Shown here: positions 8,460-16,996 of the stretch, piece by piece
Layout of the letters: every line of letters starts with the position of its first letter
Position numbering within the stretch: position 1 is the first letter of the stretch
NCBI GenBank assembly: GCA_050946395.1
Contig: JBMNUR010000001.1
Location: 1-55,084, forward strand
Direction: 5' to 3'
Origin: Peptococcales bacterium
GTDB taxonomy: Bacteria > Bacillota > Peptococcia > Peptococcales > BICA1-8
DNA length: 55,084 nucleotides
Made by a program: the position numbers and the translations under genes
Notes under the pieces: model-generated
Told to the model about the DNA's origin: nothing
Database searches by the model: none
What the model saw: the letters and a program-made list of their open reading frames with translations, nothing else

Positions 8460-10436
8460 TTATCCCTCCTGAGAAACAGTCTTAACCTGTGGGCTTTTTT
8501 TAATTCTGACCAGTACTGAAGTAATCCCAGCTAAACCGATAAAGACAAGAATCGTAAACCAACTACCTGTAACATCATTATTAAAGAGCCCTGAAAGTTT
8601 ATTAACAACCCCTCCTACGAAAAAGGCAATTGTTAAAGAACCAATCCACATAATGGCCGCTTCCTTTTTATTGCGCTCTTTAAAGAGTACCAAGATGGCT
8701 GCAATACATGGTACAAATAAAGTAATGGTAATCAGAGCTACAATTGTAGCTAACGGGTCCAAAGCTAAATCACTTAAACCTGCAGCACCGAAATCTCTCC
8801 GGACTATACCCATTACAAAAGCAGTAGATGCTTCTTTGGGTAAGTTTAGCCAACCGACAGTCAGCGGAGCTAAGAAATTTTGTAAAGCAGCCAAAAATCC
8901 GGTTAAGTCCATAATACTAATCAAAAATGCACCAAGAGCAAATAAAGGTGTAGCCTCTTTTAAAAATCCATAGGATTTAGTAAAAGTCTTTTTTAAGACA
9001 TTATCCATTCGAGGAAGTCTTAAAGGTGGTAAATCAATCAATAAATCTGTGGATTTGCCGGGTAAAACATGATTTAACAAAGTACCTACGATGGCCATCA
9101 TACTAACGATTACTACCACATAAAGAGCTACATATTCTCCACCTAACCCGGCCAACATACCTGCTATTACTCCCATTTGAGCAGAACAGGGTATAGCCAA
9201 GGCTAAAAGGAAAATAGCAATTTGTCTTTCTCTGACCGAACCTAACATCCTGGTAACCACAGTTGCTAAGGTTACACAACCGAACCCTAAAATTATGGGA
9301 ATAATGGCTCGACCATTTAACCCCACCATACCAAGTAATCGGTCAGTCAAAGCAGCTAATCGCGGCAAATAACCGGAATCCTCAAAAGCAGAAAGGAAGA
9401 AATAAAACCCTACTACCAGTGGAGCTAAAAGCCCGAGAACATAAGTAACAGTCATGGTTAAAACACCAAACTCACCGGCTAAAATATAACCTATGGAACT
9501 ATTTAAGTCCACGAATTTACTTACAACTTCCCGCATAAAGGGCTCATAGAATTCGGACATTATGATTCCTTCTGTAATATCTACAACAGTTTGGGCCACA
9601 AAAACACCGATAGTTTGGTACATTAAATAGAGCATTACCAGAAGTATCGGTATACCGGTAATCGGCTTAATCATCCACCGCCCCAGCTTAGTTTTAAAAT
9701 CGGTCCCCTCTTGAACTTCCGAAACGACATGACCCACTATATCATTAACTCTTTCCCGCCGCATCAGATATATTTCCTCCCGATGGTTAGCAGGCTGTAA
9801 ACCATGCCTCTGGGCGATTATGGGATCTCCCTCTAGGACTAAAAGAGCCTCACCTTGAGTACCTACCCTGGCATGCATTTTTGTTAGCATTACTTGTAAC
9901 TCATCATGAGAGATAATCCCGGGTTTTGCTTTATTTATACTATTTTTTACTTTCTCAATACCGATACCTTTTATGGCAACACTTTCGATAACCGGTACTC
10001 CTAATAAATGTTCCAGGAGGTCAGCATCCACTTTGATTCCCTGTCTTTTAGCATCATCAACCATATTAAGAGCGATTATTACCGGTACCCCTGTATCAAT
10101 AATCTGCTGGGTCAGAAACAAATCTCGTTCTAAGTGAACAGCATCAACCACATTCACAACTATATCAGCAGATAGAATTACATCCCTGGCAATCCGTTCC
10201 TCATCATTAAAAGAGGAAATACCATAGACACCTGGTGTATCAATAATAATATCTTCACCATAGCTTCCATGGGAAATATCCAAGGTAGTTCCCGGATAAT
10301 TGGAAACATCCACATACATACCCGTAAAGGCATTAAAGAAAACTGATTTACCTACATTAGGATTACCTGCTAAAACAATCTTCCGTCCATGTTCCGGCAA
10401 ATCTATTTTAATATTACTTCCATGACAATGAGCCAT
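8460..10436 (-). CDS. feoB: ferrous iron transporter FeoB
   Basis: 658 aa with an N-terminal G-domain (GNPNVGKS, DTPG, NMVD) and a polytopic membrane domain. Confidence 0.93.
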   Translation of the reverse strand: MAHCHGSNIKIDLPEHGRKIVLAGNPNVGKSVFFNAFTGMYVDVSNYPGTTLDISHGSYGEDIIIDTPGVYGISSFNDEERIARDVILSADIVVNVVDAVHLERDLFLTQQIIDTGVPVIIALNMVDDAKRQGIKVDADLLEHLLGVPVIESVAIKGIGIEKVKNSINKAKPGIISHDELQVMLTKMHARVGTQGEALLVLEGDPIIAQRHGLQPANHREEIYLMRRERVNDIVGHVVSEVQEGTDFKTKLGRWMIKPITGIPILLVMLYLMYQTIGVFVAQTVVDITEGIIMSEFYEPFMREVVSKFVDLNSSIGYILAGEFGVLTMTVTYVLGLLAPLVVGFYFFLSAFEDSGYLPRLAALTDRLLGMVGLNGRAIIPIILGFGCVTLATVVTRMLGSVRERQIAIFLLALAIPCSAQMGVIAGMLAGLGGEYVALYVVVIVSMMAIVGTLLNHVLPGKSTDLLIDLPPLRLPRMDNVLKKTFTKSYGFLKEATPLFALGAFLISIMDLTGFLAALQNFLAPLTVGWLNLPKEASTAFVMGIVRRDFGAAGLSDLALDPLATIVALITITLFVPCIAAILVLFKERNKKEAAIMWIGSLTIAFFVGGVVNKLSGLFNNDVTGSWFTILVFIGLAGITSVLVRIKKSPQVKTVSQEG

Positions 10437-10457
10437 ATTTTTTTCACCTCCGAAATT

Positions 10458-10506
10458 AGTTACTAGTGACTAGTAACCAGTGGTCAATAGTCGATAGTTA
10501 GTAAGT
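10458..10506. repeat. in-phase degenerate heptamer array (feoA-feoB spacer)
   Basis: AGTTACT AGTGACT AGTAACC AGTGGTC AATAGTC GATAGTT AGTAAGT. Confidence 0.75.
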
Positions 10507-10514
10507 ATCGTTCC

Positions 10515-10733
10515 CTATACTGCTTCAACTAAAATCTCCCGGGCTAAACCATAGCCAACGGCGATTTCTTGTCTATTCTTTTTTAAAATAACAGGCCCCG
10601 CCGGTATCAATTCATCACAAGTGACAACAGCACCTTCGGAAATACCAAAGCGAATAGCCTGAGCACGAACAACCTCATTGGGAATTGAAAGTATTTTAAA
10701 AGTTTGACCTTTTTTAACTTCGGCTAAAACCAT
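10515..10733 (-). CDS. feoA: ferrous iron transport protein FeoA
   Basis: ORF 10515-10781. I place the start at ATG 10731-10733 (MVLAEVKKGQTFKILSI...), preceded by AGGAGG. It is an SH3-like FeoA domain. Confidence 0.85.
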   Translation of the reverse strand: MVLAEVKKGQTFKILSIPNEVVRAQAIRFGISEGAVVTCDELIPAGPVILKKNRQEIAVGYGLAREILVEAV

Positions 10734-10750
10734 GTGTTTTTCCTCCTTAT

Positions 10751-10765
10751 TGATAATGATTATCA
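10751..10765. promoter_or_regulatory. Fur box (perfect 7-1-7)
   Basis: TGATAATGATTATCA equals the TGATAAT-n-ATTATCA consensus. It lies 18 nt upstream of the feoA ATG. Confidence 0.8.
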
Positions 10766-10995
10766 TTTGTGTTTTTATCATACTATATTACTCGGAATTA
10801 GGGAAGACTTTTTTTCATAAATTTTTTTAATAATTAACGGAAAATTAATACATATAGAGGATATATATTTAATGCAACACAAGAAATGCGCGCATTCCTG
10901 TACTGTAATCCTTGATACTTTGCAAAATGGCAAGTATGTAAATTGCTACATAATAAAAAATAGCCGACTATTCTATGAATAATCGACCAAATCGT

Positions 10996-11053
10996 GTCAT
11001 TATGAAAAGCGACGAAGCAATCTATATTGCTACGCCTATCAGCTCGCAATGAC
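10996..11053. repeat. GTCAT...ATGAC imperfect palindrome
   Basis: GTCATTATGAAAAGCGACGAAGCAATC-tatat-TGCTACGCCTATCAGCTCGCAATGAC. It explains the spurious ORF 10834-11055. Confidence 0.75.
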
Positions 11054-11181
11054 AAAAATTCTCATTTATTTGATGACTACCAATCGTAAGAAACCCATCT
11101 TGAAAAAGTTTTTCTCTTAGGCAAGCTCCATTTAAAGCTAAGAGTCACTTGATCGTAATGTGAGAGTTACATATGATAATT

Positions 11182-11856
11182 CTAAAGGGATGACATTGAT
11201 GTTACAATTGCGACTCCCGAGCTAGTACCAATGCGATTGGCACCGACACTGATAAATTCCTGGGCAGTTTTTAAATCCCTGATACCACCAGATGCTTTAA
11301 TTTGAGCCTTGTCACCCACTACTTTTCTCATTAATTGAATATCCGTCAAGATTGCACCACTACCACTAAAACCGGTAGAAGTTTTTACAAAATCGGCACC
11401 AGCTGCTAAGGCCAGTTCACAGGCTTTTACTTTTTCAATATCATTAAGTAAACCCGTTTCAATAATTACTTTGACAACCTTTTTAGGAACTTGATCTTTC
11501 GCTACATCTACCACAACCTGAATATCCTCTTTAACCACTTCAAAATTTCCCGACTTTAATGCTCCGATATTAATAACCATATCAACTTCTTGGGCACCGG
11601 CTTTAAAAGCTTGTTCTGCCTCAAAGGCTTTTACTTCCTTGATGTTAGCCCCTAAAGGAAAACCAATTACCGTAGCTATTTTTACAGCAGTACCTGTTAA
11701 TAATTTCGCAGCTAAGTTAACATAGCAAGGATTTACACAAACTGCATAAAACTGATAATCTTTTGCTTCTCGACACAACTGTATAATATCTTTTTCATTT
11801 GCTTCAGGTTTTAAAAGAGTATGGTCAATATATTTCGCGATCTCTAATCTGGACAT
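11182..11856 (-). CDS. deoC: deoxyribose-phosphate aldolase
   Basis: ORF 11182-11898. I place the start at ATG 11854-11856 ([17 protein letters not shown]...), preceded by GAGGTG. The FVKTSTGF Schiff-base lysine motif is present. Confidence 0.9.
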   Translation of the reverse strand: MSRLEIAKYIDHTLLKPEANEKDIIQLCREAKDYQFYAVCVNPCYVNLAAKLLTGTAVKIATVIGFPLGANIKEVKAFEAEQAFKAGAQEVDMVINIGALKSGNFEVVKEDIQVVVDVAKDQVPKKVVKVIIETGLLNDIEKVKACELALAAGADFVKTSTGFSGSGAILTDIQLMRKVVGDKAQIKASGGIRDLKTAQEFISVGANRIGTSSGVAIVTSMSSL

Positions 11857-11873
11857 ATGTACACCTCGATTTT

Positions 11874-11945
11874 TTTCGTCAATTAGTCGACTCGTCAACT
11901 CGTCTAATCGTCTTTAGTCAGTTAGTCTGCTTGTCAATTCGTGGG
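11874..11945. repeat. in-phase degenerate octamer array in deoC leader
   Basis: TTTCGTCA ATTAGTCG ACTCGTCA ACTCGTCT AATCGTCT TTAGTCAG TTAGTCTG CTTGTCAA TTCGTGGG. Confidence 0.75.
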
Positions 11946-11947
11946 GT

Positions 11948-12014
11948 GTCATTGCGAGCCGATAGGCGTGGCAATCTCTCGGGTGACAGATTGCCACGCT
12001 ACGCTCGCAATAAC
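11948..12014. repeat. GTCAT...imperfect palindrome
   Basis: GTCATTGCGAGCCGATAGGCGTGGCAATC-tctcgggtgaca-GATTGCCACGCTACGCTCGCAATAAC. Confidence 0.75.
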
Positions 12015-12122
12015 ACTACCCTAAACAATATATAAAATCTAGCGAAGCGAAATATTAATATAACGAAACATAGTGAAGTGAAATCTTTTTTCTGTAGGTA
12101 CTTTTGACATGGAGCTTTCCCC

Positions 12123-13475
12123 TTAAAGGATTCCCAAAATCAAAGTAGCTAAAATGGAGTAAATTATTAAACCCATCACATCTACGGTAGTTGAGATAAA
12201 GGGAGCTGAAGCAGCTGCAGGGTCCACTCCAATTTTTCTTAAAAATAGGGGAACAGCTGTACCCATTGTTGCCGCCGCAAACATATTAGTAAACATGGTC
12301 AAGCCCACTACAAGGCTTAGCTTGAAACTACCTTGCCAGATAAAAGCAGTAGTGGCCACAATAACCCCCATCACAGTTCCCAAGGAAATGCCAACCATAG
12401 ACTCTTTAAGCACTGTTTTAGCTATTGTACCGGTATTTACTTGTCCCGTGGCAATACCGCGAACAGTTACCGTCGAAGATTGAGTTCCTACATTCCCACC
12501 CATACCAATTAATAAAGGAATAAAAAAGGCCAAAGCTACAACCGCATTTAACTCTTCAGAAAACCTTTGTAAGACCTGGCCGGAGAGCATTCCTCCAACC
12601 ATAGTAATTAAAAGCCAGGGCAGCCTGGATTTAACAGCCGTAGAAAACTTGGCTACTGTTTCATCATCTTCAGAGGTACCTGCTAAACGGTATAAATCTT
12701 CCGTTGCTTCTTCATGAATAACATCGATTACGTCGTCAACAGTAATGATACCAATAAGGTGTTGTTTTTGATCAACAACGGGAACGGCCAAAAAATCATA
12801 CTTAGCCACCATGCGGGCTACATCTTCCTGATCATCGTTAACATTAACACTGATGACCTTTTTACGCATTATATCGGAAACCAGAGAAGCAGGATTGGCA
12901 ATTATCAGTTCCCTTAAAGAGATTACACCAACCAACTGATTCTGGAGATTAATCACATAAACATAATACACAGTTTCCGCATCAGGTGCAGTATCTCTTA
13001 GGACCTCAATAGCTTTACTCGCAGTAATATTGTTAGGAATAGCCACATATTCAGTGGTCATTATACCACCGGCAGTATCCTCCCGATAGTCCATTAATTC
13101 CCGAACATCTTCCGCATCTTGTATCTCAAATAAATCTAAGAACTTTTCTTTATCATTTTCCGAAAGTTCCCCAAGAAAGTCGGCAGCGTCATCAAAAGGC
13201 ATTTCTTCAAAAATCTCGGAAACCCTTTCTGGAGAAATTTCTTGGAGTAAATCAGCCACGAATTCGGCGTCGAATTCATTTAAAACAAGGGCTGCCTGAT
13301 CTGAATCTAACTGAGCTAAAAGATATTGTTTTTGTGTTTTTGTGCTAAGATTTTTTAGAACTTCTGCCACGTCAGCATGGTGCATATCCTGCAAAAATTG
13401 TTTCAAATGTTTTTCATCACGGGCAACCAAAAGTTCTTTTATAACGTTAAATAAATAATTGTTGCGTTCTTTCAT
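12123..13475 (-). CDS. mgtE: magnesium transporter MgtE
   Basis: 450 aa with an MgtE N-domain, tandem CBS region and C-terminal 5-TM domain. ATG is preceded by GGGGAGGAG. Confidence 0.92.
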   Translation of the reverse strand: MKERNNYLFNVIKELLVARDEKHLKQFLQDMHHADVAEVLKNLSTKTQKQYLLAQLDSDQAALVLNEFDAEFVADLLQEISPERVSEIFEEMPFDDAADFLGELSENDKEKFLDLFEIQDAEDVRELMDYREDTAGGIMTTEYVAIPNNITASKAIEVLRDTAPDAETVYYVYVINLQNQLVGVISLRELIIANPASLVSDIMRKKVISVNVNDDQEDVARMVAKYDFLAVPVVDQKQHLIGIITVDDVIDVIHEEATEDLYRLAGTSEDDETVAKFSTAVKSRLPWLLITMVGGMLSGQVLQRFSEELNAVVALAFFIPLLIGMGGNVGTQSSTVTVRGIATGQVNTGTIAKTVLKESMVGISLGTVMGVIVATTAFIWQGSFKLSLVVGLTMFTNMFAAATMGTAVPLFLRKIGVDPAAASAPFISTTVDVMGLIIYSILATLILGIL

Positions 13476-13635
13476 TAGGCTTCTCCTCCCCGGGGAAGCC
13501 TATCTATGGAAACGGCTCCCCACTGCTATTTTCTTTTTGTTTAACTTGCTACTTCGCGGTTTGCCTTCCACAAAATCTCACCTCAGCTTTTATTAATGGC
13601 TAGTGACTAGAGCCCCTATTTGACTTTATCAATTC

Positions 13636-13677
13636 AAAAAAACACTGTCAACCTAAAATTTCACCCTAGGCTATGAC
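13636..13677 (-). terminator. candidate leader terminator upstream of mgtE
   Basis: Minus strand reads GUCAUAGCCUA-GGGUGAAAUUU-UAGGUUGAC (two bulges), then AGUG and U7 (A7 at 13636-13642 on plus). It lies about 160 nt upstream of the mgtE ATG. Confidence 0.4.
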
Positions 13678-13803
13678 TCCCTTGGACAGACGGAGTCCTT
13701 CTGCCCCAACAATGTTCAAGATTCAATATCACAATGTTCCGGAAAACCATGTCATGGTGTCGCGGCGAAAGGGTGAATTATTCTTCTCGCCCACTCATAA
13801 ACT

Positions 13804-14688
13804 TTAATAATCTTGATAACCTAAATTACGCAAAATGTTTTCCCGATTTCGCCAGTCTTCTTTAACTTTTACCCATAATTCCAGATACACTTTATTTCCT
13901 AAAAGAACTTCAATATCTTTTCGCGCTAAGGAACCTATTTGGCGTAAGAGTTCTCCTTTTCTACCAATGATTATACCTTTTTGAGAATCTCTTTCTACGA
14001 AAATAGTTGCCCCTAGATAAATAGTGTTATTACGCCTTTTTTGCATCAAATCAATTACTACTGCTATACTATGAGGAACTTCTTCCCGTGTTAAATGAAG
14101 AATTTTCTCTCGTATTAATTCGCTGATGACAACCTGTTCTGGTTGGTCTGTTACAGCATCATCCGGATAATACTTTGGCCCTTCCGGTAAAATTTCAACA
14201 GTTTTTTCAACTAATCTATTAATATTTTCCCCTCTTAAGGCTGATATGGGGAAAACCTCCTGAAATTCTCTTCGGTTTTGCCACTGTGCTATTGTAGATA
14301 AAATTTGTTCTTCTTTTAGCAAGTCAGTTTTATTCAAAATAAGAAAAATGGGAGTTTTAACTTTTTCCAACTTATTAATTATGTATTCTTCACCAGAGCC
14401 AAAGCTAACACTTGCATCCACCATATAATATATGACATCAACCTCTTCCAGTGTTGTTTGAGCAATATCTACCATATACTGACCTAATTTATGTTTGGGT
14501 TTATGAATACCCGGAGTATCCAAAAAAATTATTTGCGCATCCTCCCGGCTTAATATTCCGGTTATTCTATTACGAGTTGTTTGAGGTTTATCGGAAATGA
14601 TAGCTACTTTCCTTTCTAAAATACTATTTAATAGGGTTGATTTCCCCGCGTTAGGTCGGCCGATAATGGCTACAAAGCCTGATTTCAT
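13804..14688 (-). CDS. era: GTPase Era
   Basis: 294 aa with GRPNAGKST, DTPG and NKTD motifs and a KH domain. Start overlaps the cdd stop (TAATG). Confidence 0.95.
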   Translation of the reverse strand: MKSGFVAIIGRPNAGKSTLLNSILERKVAIISDKPQTTRNRITGILSREDAQIIFLDTPGIHKPKHKLGQYMVDIAQTTLEEVDVIYYMVDASVSFGSGEEYIINKLEKVKTPIFLILNKTDLLKEEQILSTIAQWQNRREFQEVFPISALRGENINRLVEKTVEILPEGPKYYPDDAVTDQPEQVVISELIREKILHLTREEVPHSIAVVIDLMQKRRNNTIYLGATIFVERDSQKGIIIGRKGELLRQIGSLARKDIEVLLGNKVYLELWVKVKEDWRNRENILRNLGYQDY

Positions 14689-15095
14689 TATTTTCTCTCC
14701 TCCTCAAGCTTTACAGGGCTAAAAGCTAATGGTAACAAATCCTTAGCTTTATAGATTTGATAGTCACCGTGGACATTAGCCATTATGACCTCAATATTTT
14801 CACCAAATTCAATCAATACTTGTCTACAGGCACCACAAGGTGAAGTCAATGTTTCTGTATCGGTAGAAATGGCTATTGCTTTAAACTTTTTATGACCTTC
14901 GGAAACTGCTTTAAAAATTGCCGTTCTTTCCCCACAATTAGTTAAACTGAAGCTGGCATTTTCAATATTACAACCGGTAAAAACTTCACCATCTACCGTT
15001 AATAAAGCAGCTCCTACCCGAAAATTCGAATAGGGCACATAAGCCATTTCCTTGGCCCGAGCTGCCATTTGAACTAGTTCCTCATAAGTCATCAT
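14688..15095 (-). CDS. cdd: cytidine deaminase
   Basis: ORF 14688-15119. I place the start at ATG 15093-15095 (MMTYEELV...) after GGGAGG. The zinc motifs CGERTA and PCGACRQ are present. Confidence 0.9.
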   Translation of the reverse strand: MMTYEELVQMAARAKEMAYVPYSNFRVGAALLTVDGEVFTGCNIENASFSLTNCGERTAIFKAVSEGHKKFKAIAISTDTETLTSPCGACRQVLIEFGENIEVIMANVHGDYQIYKAKDLLPLAFSPVKLEEERK

Positions 15096-16369
15096 TCTTT
15101 CCTCCCTTCTTCCTTCCAAACCTTTACTTTATCTACCCTCCGGCCTAAAATTTTTTCCACCTTGATTCTAATCTCTCCTAAGGATATCTCTTCTCCTTCT
15201 TTGGGAATATGACCTAAAAGTTGAAATACTAGGCCACTTATTGTTTCAAAATCGTCATCAGGCAAATCAATTTCTAAGGCCTCATTGATATCGTAAATAC
15301 TCGCCCTGGCGTCGGCTCTAATTCCACCATCCGGGAGAATGACAATAGCATCCTCTTCGATATCATATTCGTCTTGAATGTCACCTACTATTTCCTCAAT
15401 AACATCTTCAATAGTGACAAGTCCTGCTGTACCACCATATTCATCAATAACAATAGCCATATGAACTTTAGCTTGTCTTAATTCGGCCAAAAGATCTGTA
15501 ACCTTTTTGGTTTCAGGAATATAAAAAGCCGGCCGCATCAATTTACGGACCTCTACATTTTTTAAGTCTTTATTAATTATTTTCAGTAAATCTTTGGCAT
15601 AAATAATACCTACGATATTATCTATAGTCTCTTCATAAACCGGGATTCTGGAATGACCTCCATCAATCGCTATATTAACTAAATTAATTAAATTATCACT
15701 AACATCAATAGCAATAATATCAATTCTAGGCGTCATTATCTCTCTAACTAGAGTGTCATCAAATTCAAAAATGCTATTAATCATAGCCCGCTCGCTTTCA
15801 GCTATCAATCCTTCTTCCTGACCTACATTTACCAATAAACGCAATTCATCCTCTGTAATGAAAGGATCTTCCTTGGCATTACGACCAGTAAGTTTTAGCA
15901 TGAAATTAGTTAATGAAGTTAAAACTTTGATAATTGGTAAAAAAACAATACTCAAGAATCTGGTTATATCAACTATTTTTAAGGCCCAGTTTTCGGCATT
16001 TTGAGCGGCAAAGGACTTAGGGGTTACTTCGCCAAAAACTAAAACAAGAAATGTCATAATACCGGTAGCTATACCTACCCCGCTATTACCCCAGAGATTG
16101 ATTGCCAATGAAGTAGCAATAGCAGATGCACCGATATTAACAATGTTATTACCAATTAGGACCGTTGAAATAACTCGATTAGGCTCTTCTAATAAATTCA
16201 TAACTAGCTGAGCTTTTTTGTTTCCTTCCTCAGCCATATGTAAAACTCTTACCTTATTTAGAGAAAACAAAGCTGTTTCTGCGGAAGAAAAAAATGCAGA
16301 AAGGCCTAATAATATTAAAAGCATTACTATTTGAAGAACTATACCCGTATCCAAATAAAAATCCTCCAT
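15092..16369 (-). CDS. CNNM/HlyC/CorC-family membrane protein (DUF21 + CBS pair + CorC_HlyC)
   Basis: 425 aa. The domain order is recognisable from LSAFFSSAETALFSLNK..., a CBS region, and a C-terminal ...ISGLVFQLLGHIPKEGE... Confidence 0.85.
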   Translation of the reverse strand: MEDFYLDTGIVLQIVMLLILLGLSAFFSSAETALFSLNKVRVLHMAEEGNKKAQLVMNLLEEPNRVISTVLIGNNIVNIGASAIATSLAINLWGNSGVGIATGIMTFLVLVFGEVTPKSFAAQNAENWALKIVDITRFLSIVFLPIIKVLTSLTNFMLKLTGRNAKEDPFITEDELRLLVNVGQEEGLIAESERAMINSIFEFDDTLVREIMTPRIDIIAIDVSDNLINLVNIAIDGGHSRIPVYEETIDNIVGIIYAKDLLKIINKDLKNVEVRKLMRPAFYIPETKKVTDLLAELRQAKVHMAIVIDEYGGTAGLVTIEDVIEEIVGDIQDEYDIEEDAIVILPDGGIRADARASIYDINEALEIDLPDDDFETISGLVFQLLGHIPKEGEEISLGEIRIKVEKILGRRVDKVKVWKEEGRKE

Positions 16370-16407
16370 TCATTTCCGCTCTATCCTTAGTTTTGTTTGG
16401 AAAGGGC

Positions 16408-16773
16408 CTAAAAATACTTGCATATTTTAGGTAGAAAAACAACCGCCCCAATTATTAAAGCATTAAGGGCGGCTACTAAAACTGCACCAGCAGCTACATC
16501 CTTTGCTATCTTGGCTAAAGGGTGAAGCTCTTTTATAAACATATCAATGGTTCTTTCAAGTGCTGTATTAAGCATCTCTAATGTTATTACTAAGGTAATA
16601 CTAAAAATGACCATTAGCCATTCATTAACGGGTATGCGAAAATACAATGATAAACTTATGGCCAAAACCGCAAAAAACAAATGAATACGCATATGCTTTT
16701 CATCTTTAATACAGTAGATAATACCGTGCCAGGCATGACCGAAAGCTTTCATGAATTCCGTAAAATTTTTCAT
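16408..16773 (-). CDS. dgkA: diacylglycerol/undecaprenol kinase
   Basis: 121 aa, 3 TM, with MLNTALERTID and AKDVAAGAVL motifs. It keeps the conserved position after ybeY. Confidence 0.88.
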   Translation of the reverse strand: MKNFTEFMKAFGHAWHGIIYCIKDEKHMRIHLFFAVLAISLSLYFRIPVNEWLMVIFSITLVITLEMLNTALERTIDMFIKELHPLAKIAKDVAAGAVLVAALNALIIGAVVFLPKICKYF

Positions 16774-16796
16774 ATGTACCTCTGCACACTTTATTA

Positions 16797-16834
16797 AACC
16801 ACGGGCCCTCCGGGCACACAGATAAACACGGATA
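16797..16834. repeat. AACCACGG decamer-type module
   Basis: AACCACGGGCCCTCCGGGCACACAGATAAACACGGATA, with an inverted partner at 16936-16966. Confidence 0.7.
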
Positions 16835-16874
16835 TTTATTAAATAAAATAACCTTAAAGTTACATTTCACCCGT

Positions 16875-16904
16875 AAAAAGGCGGACAGGGTCGTCCGCCC
16901 CTAC
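16875..16904 (-). terminator. REP-like GTAG hairpin, terminator after ybeY
   Basis: Minus strand reads GTAGGGGCGGACGACCCTGTCCGCC followed by TTTTTAC. The 27-mer is identical to the copy at 23425-23451. Confidence 0.65.
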
Positions 16905-16935
16905 AGTTATATAAGACCCTTAAAACTTAACATTT

Positions 16936-16966
16936 AATCTGTGTTAATCCGTGTGCATCCGTGGTT
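16936..16966. repeat. AACCACGG decamer-type module (inverted)
   Basis: AATCTGTGTT AATCCGTGTG CATCCGTGGT T, which is three in-phase decamers. Confidence 0.7.
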
Positions 16967-16996
16967 AAATATCAAAAACTCTTTCACTGTTCCCCT

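Noticed and set aside
10834-11055. 73-aa ORF on the minus strand
   Set aside because: Its 5' third is the GTCAT...ATGAC palindrome (10996-11053). It has no SD and lies in the intergenic spacer between deoC and feoA.
11799-12035. 78-aa plus-strand ORF
   Set aside because: It is antisense to the deoC 5' end and then runs through the octamer array and a palindrome repeat. It is a repeat-generated ORF.
13476-13803. Calling the mgtE leader an M-box riboswitch
   Set aside because: The position is right, but I could not find the conserved M-box core sequences by eye. It is reported as an unassigned structured leader instead.
16254-16451. 65-aa minus-strand ORF
   Set aside because: It overlaps the corC 5' end and the dgkA 3' end out of frame, and shows no SD or family resemblance.
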